The notes beneath the pieces are model-generated. The model ran no database searches. It was not told the DNA's origin and saw nothing but the letters and a program-made list of their open reading frames with translations. Below are positions 18,391 through 26,417 of a stretch of 27,312 bases of DNA, one piece after another. The translations under genes and the position numbers were made by a program. Within the stretch, counting starts at the first letter, position 1. Every line of letters begins with the position of its first letter. Source of the stretch: a virus (taxonomy: Duplodnaviria; Caudoviricetes); the IMG/VR virus record IMGVR_UViG_3300044723_008219, positions 1 through 27,312 of that record; one strand, 5' to 3'.

Positions 18391-18984
18391 ATGTTAGTTT
18401 TTTTGGATAGACAGCACTCCGGGCAAATCCGCCGCCTGGATTCTCTCGGAGCGGTCTCCGATCTAGATGGAGACGGAGTGGAGAGTATAGAGGAGGCCGA
18501 GGCGATATGGACCGGCTTTCTTTCGATGGAGATAGAGAAAGCTCTCCGGGCTCTCGGCTATCATGTGATACCGATCTCGGACGGCTCCTATCAGGAGAGA
18601 CACGAGAGGGTTAATAAAATGGCGGCTAATTATGAGGGCCCCCAGGTCTATCTCGCTCTCCATTTTAACGCCGGGGGCGGAAATTATGGCTCGATGTTTT
18701 ATGACTGGAGATCCGAGTCCGGCCAATTTCTAGCCGATTATATATGCGAGGCCCTGGAGGATTTAGCCGGGATGGAGATCACAAAAAAGATACCATGCAG
18801 CCCGTCAGATTGGACCAAAAACGCATATTACACAATTAAAGGAGTCGGACGCCCGGTGGCGATATGCAGCGAGCCGGCCTTTCTAGATTTCGATGGACAT
18901 AAGGAATATTTTACTCCCCAGGGGATAGTCAAATTGGGATTTGCTATAGCTGCGGGAATCCACAATTGGAGGAGGGGAGCCTAA
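18391..18984 (+). CDS. Endolysin, N-acetylmuramoyl-L-alanine amidase (Amidase_3 family)
   Basis: VFLDRQHSG (His), EAE (Glu), ER..RVN, LALHFNA (His), ICSEPAF (catalytic Glu). Confidence 0.88.
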   Translation: MLVFLDRQHSGQIRRLDSLGAVSDLDGDGVESIEEAEAIWTGFLSMEIEKALRALGYHVIPISDGSYQERHERVNKMAANYEGPQVYLALHFNAGGGNYGSMFYDWRSESGQFLADYICEALEDLAGMEITKKIPCSPSDWTKNAYYTIKGVGRPVAICSEPAFLDFDGHKEYFTPQGIVKLGFAIAAGIHNWRRGA

Positions 18985-19304
18985 TGGATGATTCTATATT
19001 GATGGTTTTAACCGGCCCCGCCTCAGCTCTAGCTCTAGCGGTTAGCTTGCTCTGGGGTCTCGCTCGATACGCCGGAAAAATTCTCCCTGGGATCATAGAT
19101 CGACATATGTCGCAAATTGACGCAATTATCCACCGTCTCGAATCTATGGAGGCGGCGTCTCAGGAGAATAGAGAGATCTATCGGAAAATGATAGCCGGGG
19201 TCCACTCCAGGTTAAACCCGGTGGAGAATGACATTAAAGAAATCAAATATTACCTCAAATTAGAGGATAATAAGCAAAAGACCAAAGATAGCGATGGAGG
19301 CTAA
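18984..19304 (+). CDS. Putative holin-like membrane protein
   Basis: TAATG-coupled to the endolysin (start 18984); N-terminal TM helix, then coiled coil and charged tail. Confidence 0.5.
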   Translation: MDDSILMVLTGPASALALAVSLLWGLARYAGKILPGIIDRHMSQIDAIIHRLESMEAASQENREIYRKMIAGVHSRLNPVENDIKEIKYYLKLEDNKQKTKDSDGG

Positions 19305-19306
19305 TC

Positions 19307-19630
19307 ATGGCATATAATAACGAGGCTCCTTTTCAGGTGCGTAAACACATTCAATTATTAGGCGGCGTCCGAGTCGCCACTATCGCCGGGAATGATACTC
19401 TCACGATAGCAAGCTCGACCTATCAGATATTAGACGGTGGAGGCTCCGATTATGACGTTATCCTCCCCGCCGAGGATGACGGGATCTATTTCTGGATTCG
19501 GAATGACGGATCGACTAATAATTTAGTCGTTAAAAATGATGGAGCTGCTACAATTGGGACCCTCCTCCCTGGAGAGGGCTCTCTAATTGTCTGTGATGGT
19601 ACAGACTGGAAAGTTGTAATTGTCGCATAA
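19307..19630 (+). CDS. Small beta-rich putative structural protein
   Basis: GGAGG RBS; VILPA...G..FWIRN ... LIVCDGTDW pattern seen in phage fibre/decoration domains. Confidence 0.5.
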   Translation: MAYNNEAPFQVRKHIQLLGGVRVATIAGNDTLTIASSTYQILDGGGSDYDVILPAEDDGIYFWIRNDGSTNNLVVKNDGAATIGTLLPGEGSLIVCDGTDWKVVIVA

Positions 19631-19633
19631 TTG

Positions 19634-19661
19634 AAAAACCCCTCGGACTATCCGAGGGGTT
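19634..19661. terminator. Intrinsic terminator between convergent operons
   Basis: AACCCCTCGGA-CTA-TCCGAGGGGTT 11-bp stem; the upstream A-run gives a U-tail on the minus strand. Confidence 0.8.
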
Positions 19662-19694
19662 ACCCAATTAACCGAAGTTATGAGAGAGAATCTC

Positions 19695-19913
19695 TCAGGG
19701 CTTATTATAACGCCCTGGAGAGTCGTATCGGTTTATTTTTCCGAGGAGGTCCTTAATTTCTCTCCTCAGGAGACGGATATAATTGACGATCTCTATCCGC
19801 TCCTCCTCCGACATTTCCTCCCACTTTGCTATTTGATATTCGAGGGCCAATCGAGCCTCTCGGCTTTTTAGGCTAATCATTTCCATGAGTGGATTAGTAA
19901 TTATCTTTTTCAT
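19695..19913 (-). CDS. Hypothetical helical protein
   Basis: 72 aa, start 1 nt after the recombinase stop, GGAG upstream. Confidence 0.6.
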   Translation of the reverse strand: MKKIITNPLMEMISLKSREARLALEYQIAKWEEMSEEERIEIVNYIRLLRREIKDLLGKINRYDSPGRYNKP

Positions 19914-19914
19914 T

Positions 19915-20664
19915 TTATCTCCTGGGAGGTGGAATCATATCTGGAGATTTGCCTAATTTCATGACGAAATTCCGGCGTCTCTCCGAGGTCCATGCGGAGG
20001 GTTTGCCCCAATTCATCTCTAGAGTCCAGGCTTTAATGTGATCATAGCCTCCGTATTGATCGCATTTAGCGCAAAACCATTTAGAATCCTCTTTCCACCC
20101 GGGGTCCTTATCCTCCGAGACCGGCTCTGGAGATGGAGGAGCGGGAGGAGATGGAGGAGCGGCTATAGGGGCTTTTTGAGGAGCTTTAGGGAGAGCTTGA
20201 TATGGGAGAGCCGGCGTATCGACATATCCCAAAAAACGGCCCTTGGAGGAGATATAAATATCGCCTTTTGGCTTTATGCTATGCCACCGGACCTCCAGGT
20301 TATAGAGATAGCGACCGATTCCCCAATGGACGGCGGCTCGCTTTAGGGCGTCCGAGTAGGCTCCCTTAACCGGCTCTATTTGAGACGGCTCGGCGGCGTC
20401 CGTTTTTGAGACCCAGGAGGAATCTTTCATGCGGATAGAGAGGCGACATTCGAGACCCTCTCCAATTGGCGTTTTATGATACTCGGCTCTCCAGTTTTCA
20501 GGGCCGACCACATTATCCAGGCGATCCATAACGGCTCGGGCGGTGATATACGGGAGCAATTGGACCTTATCTCCGGATTTAGAGACGGAGCCAGCTCTCC
20601 ATTCCAGGTCCTCAGGTGGAAAGGGGAGGAGGAAATTAGCAAGGGGCTGTTTAAAATGACTCAT
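19915..20664 (-). CDS. sak: Rad52/22-family (Sak-like) ssDNA annealing protein
   Basis: LPYITARAVMDRLDNVVGPENW and KGAYSDALKRAAVHWGIGRYLY motifs; Pro-rich linker; GGAGG RBS. Confidence 0.9.
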   Translation of the reverse strand: MSHFKQPLANFLLPFPPEDLEWRAGSVSKSGDKVQLLPYITARAVMDRLDNVVGPENWRAEYHKTPIGEGLECRLSIRMKDSSWVSKTDAAEPSQIEPVKGAYSDALKRAAVHWGIGRYLYNLEVRWHSIKPKGDIYISSKGRFLGYVDTPALPYQALPKAPQKAPIAAPPSPPAPPSPEPVSEDKDPGWKEDSKWFCAKCDQYGGYDHIKAWTLEMNWGKPSAWTSERRRNFVMKLGKSPDMIPPPRR

Positions 20665-20665
20665 T

Positions 20666-20833
20666 CTATTTATCCTCCAGTAATTGAGCGGGTGAAATAC
20701 CCCGGCGATAGAATTCTCCGAAGAAAGCTGCGAGGATAGAGTCCTCGAGCTTATGCTCTGTCATAGACTGAAAAAGGGCTAATAGATTAGCGTCCGTTAA
20801 TCGTTGCAATTGCTCTGTTAAGGTCGTTTTCAT
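20666..20833 (-). CDS. Small hypothetical protein, 55 aa (not in ORF track)
   Basis: Translated by hand: MKTTLTEQLQRLTDANLLALFQSMTEHKLEDSILAAFFGEFYRRGISPAQLLEDK. GGAG RBS; stop 1 nt before the sak ATG. Confidence 0.65.
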   Translation of the reverse strand: MKTTLTEQLQRLTDANLLALFQSMTEHKLEDSILAAFFGEFYRRGISPAQLLEDK

Positions 20834-20964
20834 TTGCGGTCTCCCTGGAGATTAATTGTGGCTAGAGCCCAAATACAAGCTCCGAATATTAGGAGGGCTC
20901 CGGTGGCGATATAAAGGGATAAATATTCCCAATTGTGAATGTCTATAGCGATTTGTGAGATCAT
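20830..20964 (-). CDS. Small single-pass membrane protein, 44 aa (not in ORF track)
   Basis: Translated by hand: MISQIAIDIHNWEYLSLYIATGALLIFGACIWALATINLQGDRK. AGGA RBS; ATGA overlap with the next gene. Confidence 0.6.
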   Translation of the reverse strand: MISQIAIDIHNWEYLSLYIATGALLIFGACIWALATINLQGDRK

Positions 20965-21011
20965 GTTTTTTCCTGGGGTTATGTGAGATTTATTTCTCTC
21001 CTTTTATATAC

Positions 21012-21056
21012 TTTGCATAATTGCAAAAATCAAATATTATTTTGCAATTGTGCAAA
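21012..21056. promoter_or_regulatory. Pair of 16-bp palindromic operators in the divergent promoter region
   Basis: TTTGCATAATTGCAAA (21012-21027) and TTTGCAATTGTGCAAA (21041-21056); inverted copies with one mismatch, upstream of an XRE gene. Confidence 0.75.
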
Positions 21057-21101
21057 TAAAAAACTATAGCGGAAAGGTGCACGATAACCAGGAGGTCAAA
21101 T

Positions 21102-21338
21102 ATGCACTTTTCAGAATGGCTCCAGGCTCAATTAGAGCGGCTCGAGCTTAACTATACACAGCTTAGTAATTTGAGCGGAGTCGATATTAGTCTCCTCTCT
21201 CGATATGTCGCCGGGGAGATAAAGCCCGGGCTCAAAAATATCCGCCGGCTTTCCGCCGCTCTCCATCTAGCATCCAGAGAGAAAGGGGAGGAGATCACCG
21301 TCTCCGAGATCACTTCTCAAATATTGGAGTGTGAATGA
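21102..21338 (+). CDS. XRE/Cro-like HTH regulator
   Basis: LNYTQLSNLSGVDISLLSRYVAGEIKP.L.NIRRLS pattern; AGGAGG RBS. Confidence 0.85.
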   Translation: MHFSEWLQAQLERLELNYTQLSNLSGVDISLLSRYVAGEIKPGLKNIRRLSAALHLASREKGEEITVSEITSQILECE

Positions 21339-21754
21339 TTCGATTAGGTCCATTCATCGTCTCAGGAGAGCCGGTCGCCCTGGGGCGTCCTCGCTTTACT
21401 CGCTCCGGGCGTGTCTATACTCCAAAAAAGTCCGAGGCGGCTCTGGAGGAGGTCGTCCAAGCTATCCGAAATTATGAGGAGTCTCGGAGAGAGCCTATAG
21501 CGACAATTGATAACCCGGTCCATTTGATAGTGGACTTTATCCACGCCCGGCCTAAGCGAATGAGAAAGGGCGGCCGAGTGATCAAAAACACAAAGCCGGA
21601 TATTGATAATTGTCTCAAATTGATCCTCGATGGAATCTCTAGGGCGGGTCTATGGACTGATGATAATTTAGTGGCTCAAATTACCGCTAAGAAATATTAC
21701 GGCGAGACAGGTGAGAAACCATATAGCGTCTTTTACATTTTCGAGGCCGAGTGA
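21335..21754 (+). CDS. rusA: RusA-family Holliday junction resolvase
   Basis: GRPRF..GRVYTP, KPDIDNCLKLILDG and DDNLV motifs. Confidence 0.92.
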   Translation: MIRLGPFIVSGEPVALGRPRFTRSGRVYTPKKSEAALEEVVQAIRNYEESRREPIATIDNPVHLIVDFIHARPKRMRKGGRVIKNTKPDIDNCLKLILDGISRAGLWTDDNLVAQITAKKYYGETGEKPYSVFYIFEAE

Positions 21755-22602
21755 TGAGAGACCCTCGAGGACTATATTTGACGCTCTATGACTCATGTTT
21801 TGATAATAAGGGCGGCGGTTTTACCCTGGAGCCCCCAGAGAGGCTCGGGGCTATCATTCGACCCGCCTCCTGGAGTAAACCTCCCAGAAAGTCCGATCTC
21901 CTATGCTGGAGCCCGGCTCGATATGCCCCAGGGGCTCTCCGAGCTAAGGCGAATGTGATCTCCGTCTCATGTCTAGTCTATGATATTGATGATGGGGCTA
22001 ATTTCGATATGCATAATCTATTTAGTGACTATCGCTATTATGCACATTCGACATTCTCACATAAACCAGAGCTGCACAAGTGGAGACTAATCCTCCCGCT
22101 CAAATCTCCGATTCCTGGAGCGGACTGGAGGAGAGCCTGGAGAGCCGGAAAAGAGATATTCCAGGCTCGGACCGGGAGCGAGATAGATGGAGTGTGCTCG
22201 GACGCCTCCAGGCTTTACTATATCGGGACGAATGAGGCTCTGGAGTTTTCAAATCTCCATTCCGGGGAGTATCTCAAATTAGACTATTCACACATTCCAG
22301 AAAGGGAGGAAAAGAAAGCTAAACCAAAAACATTTAAAAGGGCCGTCTATGCTTATGATGAGGACAAATCCGTCTATATGACCCTGAAAACGGACCCTGA
22401 GGCTCGGAGACGGGTAGCCGAGACCCTGGGGGCCAATATATCGGATGACGGGATAGCCCGAGGCATGATATGTCCAAGCTGTAATAGGCCGGATCTATGG
22501 TTCACCATAGACCCGAGCTTAAAGTCGAGTGCTACATGTAACCATTTGAATTCATGTGGCTTTTATATAAACCTATATGATCTTTTACTGATGGAGAAAT
22601 AA
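21751..22602 (+). CDS. AEP-superfamily primase (prim-pol) with C-terminal zinc-binding domain
   Basis: LVYDIDDG (DxD), HSTFSH, KWRLILPL, D..CSDASRLYY; CPSC...CNH.NSC at the C-terminus. Confidence 0.8.
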   Translation: MMRDPRGLYLTLYDSCFDNKGGGFTLEPPERLGAIIRPASWSKPPRKSDLLCWSPARYAPGALRAKANVISVSCLVYDIDDGANFDMHNLFSDYRYYAHSTFSHKPELHKWRLILPLKSPIPGADWRRAWRAGKEIFQARTGSEIDGVCSDASRLYYIGTNEALEFSNLHSGEYLKLDYSHIPEREEKKAKPKTFKRAVYAYDEDKSVYMTLKTDPEARRRVAETLGANISDDGIARGMICPSCNRPDLWFTIDPSLKSSATCNHLNSCGFYINLYDLLLMEK

Positions 22603-23879
22603 TGGATAGAGATCAAATCGCACAATTAGCGGGGATATTCTCCCCAATTGAGAGGGCCGAGGATAATGTCCTCTCCCAATTAGAAAGGACCCCGGATAGA
22701 ATCGAGAGAGATCACTCCGGGCGAGAGGTCATCCTCGAGAGAGGTCGCCCTCTAAAGCACAAATTAAACATTTATCGAATTATGGAATTAGATAGCCGTC
22801 TCCGAGATCGGTATCGGTATAATGAATTCGCTGATGAGATATGGGACGGAGATCATCTCCTAGAAGATCATCACATTACAGAGCTTTCTCTATGGCTCCA
22901 GAGAATCTATCGAGTCACTATCGGAAAGGAGCCGCTTTATGATTTAATTATCCGCCGCTCTCGAGAGAATGCTTATCATCCTCTCCAGGACTATCTCCAG
23001 AGCTTAAAATGGGATGGAAAAAAACGAATTGGTCAAATACTACAGAGATATTGGGGCGTGGAGGATACGCCGCTCCTCCGAGAGATCGGTCTCAGGTGGG
23101 CGATCTCATGTGTCGCTCGAGGGCTCCGTCCGGGCTGCAAGGTGGATACGGTCCTCATTCTATGCGGTCCCCAGGGAGCCAAAAAATCGACCTCGCTCCG
23201 AGTGCTAGCCGGGGATGGATATTTCTCTGATAGCCACCTCGACATTCGCTCTAAGGATTCGTACCAATTGATTCATCAGTCCGGGGTCTGGATATGGGAA
23301 TTAGCGGAGTTTTATAGCCTGAAAAATCGAGATAACGAAAACGCTAAGATGTTTCTATCGAGCCCCTCGGATAGATACCGTCCGTCCTATGCTAAAGCTC
23401 CGGTTAATCGGAAACGCTCTCTCGTTTTCACCTCCACCACGAATGAATTGGCATTTCTCACAGATAGCACAGGAAACCGGAGATATTGGCCGGTTAATAC
23501 TGAGATCATAGATATAGAGGGTCTTAAAAAAGACAGGGACCAAATTTGGGCCGAGGCCGTCTCTATGTTTAAATCCGGAGAGATATGGTGGCTCGAGGGC
23601 TCTCATGAGATAGACCTCCAGGAATATCAAAAATCTTTCGTTGTGGATGATCCCTGGAGTCACGCTATCCAGGAATTATTATCGGAATTTCCGGACGCCG
23701 GGGTCCTCATGGATCAAATATTCGACCGTCTCGGACTCGAGAAACCATATCGAAATTCAGGCTATGCCCGGAGGATAACGGCTATCCTCCAGGGACTCGG
23801 AGCGGAGCAATTGAGGCCCTCCTCTCATCCTATGACAAATCAAAAACGGCCTCGTGTATGGAGGTTAAAACATGACTAA
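22602..23879 (+). CDS. VapE/VirE-family P-loop helicase
   Basis: YHPLQDYL..LKWDG, ILCGPQGAKKST (Walker A variant), IWELAE, RPSY, LTDSTGNRRYWP. Confidence 0.9.
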   Translation: MDRDQIAQLAGIFSPIERAEDNVLSQLERTPDRIERDHSGREVILERGRPLKHKLNIYRIMELDSRLRDRYRYNEFADEIWDGDHLLEDHHITELSLWLQRIYRVTIGKEPLYDLIIRRSRENAYHPLQDYLQSLKWDGKKRIGQILQRYWGVEDTPLLREIGLRWAISCVARGLRPGCKVDTVLILCGPQGAKKSTSLRVLAGDGYFSDSHLDIRSKDSYQLIHQSGVWIWELAEFYSLKNRDNENAKMFLSSPSDRYRPSYAKAPVNRKRSLVFTSTTNELAFLTDSTGNRRYWPVNTEIIDIEGLKKDRDQIWAEAVSMFKSGEIWWLEGSHEIDLQEYQKSFVVDDPWSHAIQELLSEFPDAGVLMDQIFDRLGLEKPYRNSGYARRITAILQGLGAEQLRPSSHPMTNQKRPRVWRLKHD

Positions 23880-24474
23880 GATATTCCTAGACATAGAGAC
23901 CTCGGCTCTAGAGCCGGGATGGAATGACGGATATTTCGGAGAGATACTCGAGCTTGCTATCGGGCTCGAGGGAGAGGATGGATCATATATAGAGCATGTC
24001 TGGAGATTCCGTCCCCTGGAGCCGGCGGGTCATCATCCCGAGGCGATCTCGGTGAATGGCTACAATTGGAGAATGAAAAACTACATTCTCTCCGATATTG
24101 CTAAATCCATCCAAGCTATCCATGATCTCCTATTTAATAGAAAGGGTCTCATAATTGGGCATAATGTCCAATTTGATCTCCATTATCTCAATTTCTGGTT
24201 CGAGGAGTATCAGATAGAGCCGCTCCCGGTCCGGGGAATCGATACTATGACTCTAGTCCATGAGCATTTATCGGTTATCGGACTCCACCGTCTCGGAATG
24301 TCCTCCGTCCGGAGCTTTCTGGGAATGAGTGCGGAGAATGCCCACTGTGCTCTTTTTGATATGAGAGATACTCGCTATCTCTATCATAAGCTCTCCAGAG
24401 CCTCGAGCCTGAATCGTCTCATGTGGAAATTGAGAGCCCAATTAGCCTTAAATATCCGAAAAAAGGAGGAGTAA
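23872..24474 (+). CDS. DEDDh 3'-5' exonuclease (DnaQ-like)
   Basis: ExoI FLDIETS, ExoII IGHNVQFD, ExoIII AHCALFD. Confidence 0.9.
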   Translation: MTKIFLDIETSALEPGWNDGYFGEILELAIGLEGEDGSYIEHVWRFRPLEPAGHHPEAISVNGYNWRMKNYILSDIAKSIQAIHDLLFNRKGLIIGHNVQFDLHYLNFWFEEYQIEPLPVRGIDTMTLVHEHLSVIGLHRLGMSSVRSFLGMSAENAHCALFDMRDTRYLYHKLSRASSLNRLMWKLRAQLALNIRKKEE

Positions 24475-25589
24475 TGGATATTGAGAGACCCAGATATAAA
24501 TTACTCCAGGGAGATAACAGAGAGACGCTTAAGCAGCTCCCGGATGAGTCGATAGACGCCGTTATCACCGATCCTCCTTATGAGATCGCCCTGGGGACCG
24601 TTAAAAAATGGGATGATACCGGGATAGCACATGATCCGGAATTGTGGAGACAAATCCTCCGAGTCCTAAAGCCTGGAGGTCATCTAATCGCTTTCTCTGC
24701 GACTCGGACCTATCACCGGCTCGCCGTCTCCATAGAGGACGCCGGATTCGAGCTTAGAGACATGATAACCTGGATCTATAATTCAGGCTTTCCCAAAAGT
24801 ACCAATATAGCCCTCTCCATAGATAAACAGGAGGGGCTCCAGGGGCGGAGAGGACTCGGACCGCTTAAACACATGACAGGACAAGCTGCTCCCAGGGATG
24901 AAAATGGCGTATCAGTCCAGACAGGCCTCCCTCCATACGAGCCAAAACATGAGGACGCTATAAAATGGAATGGATGGGGGACGAATCTTAAACCGGCCCA
25001 GGAGCCGGCGGTCCTCGCTAGAAAGCCTCTCCAGGAATCCTCCATAACGGCTCAAATGCGAGCTACCGGGACCGGAGCCCTCAATATTGACGCCGCTCGG
25101 ATTCCTCTCGGGGACGACTCGTGGCCTTTCATGAATGATAAGGTCGCTCCGAATCATCACCTGGGGCTATTTCCGGGGAATATCTATAATTGCAAAAAGC
25201 CGAGCCATGCAGAGAGGGAGAGAGGACTCGAGGCTCTCTCATTAAAAATGTGCAAGTCGACTTTTAACGAGGGGAATGGAAAAAGCCTCCCGAGATTCGA
25301 TGGATACGCTAATCCTCTCCGGGCTAATCATCACGCTACAGTTAAGCCCCTTAAAATATTGAGGTGGTTAGTCCGACTCATGACTCCCCCGGGAGGAGTG
25401 GTCCTCGATCCATTCGCCGGCTCTGGGTCGACTCTATGCGCCTCCATTCTGGAGGGGTTCAGCTGTATAGGCTGTGAATTACAGGACGAATATCTCCCAA
25501 TTATCCAGGGGAGAGCGGACCAAGCTATAGAGGACTATCTGGATTCTAAAGCTCAATTGACGATATTTGATTATCTGGAGGGGCTATGA
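24474..25589 (+). CDS. N6-adenine/N4-cytosine DNA methyltransferase (beta class)
   Basis: TDPPY precedes VLDPFAGSGST; H.TVKP; start reassigned to TAATG-coupled ATG 24474 (AGGAGG RBS). No cognate restriction enzyme. Confidence 0.92.
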   Translation: MDIERPRYKLLQGDNRETLKQLPDESIDAVITDPPYEIALGTVKKWDDTGIAHDPELWRQILRVLKPGGHLIAFSATRTYHRLAVSIEDAGFELRDMITWIYNSGFPKSTNIALSIDKQEGLQGRRGLGPLKHMTGQAAPRDENGVSVQTGLPPYEPKHEDAIKWNGWGTNLKPAQEPAVLARKPLQESSITAQMRATGTGALNIDAARIPLGDDSWPFMNDKVAPNHHLGLFPGNIYNCKKPSHAERERGLEALSLKMCKSTFNEGNGKSLPRFDGYANPLRANHHATVKPLKILRWLVRLMTPPGGVVLDPFAGSGSTLCASILEGFSCIGCELQDEYLPIIQGRADQAIEDYLDSKAQLTIFDYLEGL

Positions 25590-25867
25590 TGATTTGCTAT
25601 CTGGTCCATCGATGGAGAGTCGCTCGAGGCCTATCTAATCGCCAATTAGCCGAGGCCCTGGGGATTCATGTCGAGACGATCTATAAATGGAGGAATCGGA
25701 GAGCGGTCCCCTCCAGGTTTACATGTCAGTGTATCGCTAAGCTGTGGGCTCGGGAGAATGATCTCTCCAGGGAGGAGGAGATAGAAATATTCGAGACCCT
25801 CCTCGACCTCCGAGATTTAGAATTGACATTCCGGAGGAGATGGAGATATAAACCTCTCGGGATTTAA
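25586..25867 (+). CDS. XRE-type HTH protein
   Basis: GLSNRQLAEALGIHVETIYKW.N.RAVP. Confidence 0.8.
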   Translation: MMICYLVHRWRVARGLSNRQLAEALGIHVETIYKWRNRRAVPSRFTCQCIAKLWARENDLSREEEIEIFETLLDLRDLELTFRRRWRYKPLGI

Positions 25868-25898
25868 TTGTCCTAATCTCCATCAAGTGAAAACTTCT

Positions 25899-25932
25899 AA
25901 AGCTCTAGAATTGCCCCTCTAGAGCTTTTTTT
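25899..25932 (+). terminator. Intrinsic terminator of the replication operon
   Basis: AAAGCTCTAGA / TCTAGAGCTTT stem running into a T7 tract. Confidence 0.8.
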
Positions 25933-26031
25933 GGTTATACTCTATGATGAGAGATGGAGAGTCCAGCTCTCGAGTTGTAAGGGACAAGCTAGAGATCCGG
26001 GATCCTCCTGGGTCTCTTTTTGGTTTTTGAG

Positions 26032-26166
26032 TTATCCACAGAGTTATCCACAGAGTTATCCACAGGTTTATCCATAGGCTTAACGCCCTCTCTGTCTATA
26101 ATAGATAGCGATTTCAAAAAGTTATCCACAGGTTTATCCACAGGTTTATCCACAGGTTTATCCCTA
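26032..26166 (+). repeat. Two tandem arrays of DnaA boxes
   Basis: Perfect TTATCCACA at 26032, 26044, 26056, 26122, 26134, 26146; degenerate TTATCCATA at 26068 and TTATCCCTA at 26158; 12-bp period. Confidence 0.9.
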
Positions 26167-26170
26167 ATCG

Positions 26171-26413
26171 AATGTCCATGAATGTCCATTCATGTCCAGG
26201 ATCTAATGGACAGGTCGATCCCCTTAAACACTGGATCAAATGACTAATGTCCAACATGTCCATAAAAAAAGCTAAAAAGAATATTTTTATAATAAATATA
26301 AAAACCCTTTATTAATTAATAATTGGTGGACATTATGGACATTCCCTCAAATCTCTAGGAATGGAGGGCGTCTTAATGTCCATTAGATCATGGACCGCTT
26401 GTGGACATGTCCA
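26171..26413. other. Putative phage replication origin (inverted ATGTCCA iterons flanking an AT-rich core)
   Basis: About ten ATGTCCA/TGGACAT heptamers around an AT-rich stretch at ~26263-26324; nested inverted repeats share one axis. Confidence 0.7.
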
Positions 26414-26417
26414 GGGG

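Noticed and set aside
836-25160. Many antisense and out-of-frame ORFs in the track (e.g. 1646-2035, 3304-3633, 11377-11751, 15496-15879, 20038-20346, 23355-23663)
   Set aside because: They lie within well-supported, translationally coupled genes and show no motifs or RBS; treated as shadow ORFs.
23872-25589. Restriction-modification system or DNA polymerase module
   Set aside because: No restriction endonuclease or polymerase domain; the exonuclease and orphan MTase are common stand-alone phage genes.
26077-26121. DnaA-trio unwinding element next to the boxes
   Set aside because: No clear run of trinucleotide repeats at the expected position.
25989-26189. 66-aa minus-strand ORF with DKPV/DNSV repeats
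   Set aside because: It is the translation of the 12-bp DnaA-box repeats and has no convincing RBS; probably not a gene.
25990-26400. GATC clustering as in Dam-regulated oriC
   Set aside because: About six sites, but GATC is common throughout this genome, so enrichment cannot be claimed without counting.
26032-26413. Possible CRISPR array
   Set aside because: Repeat units are 7-12 bp with no unique ~30-bp spacers, and there are no cas genes.
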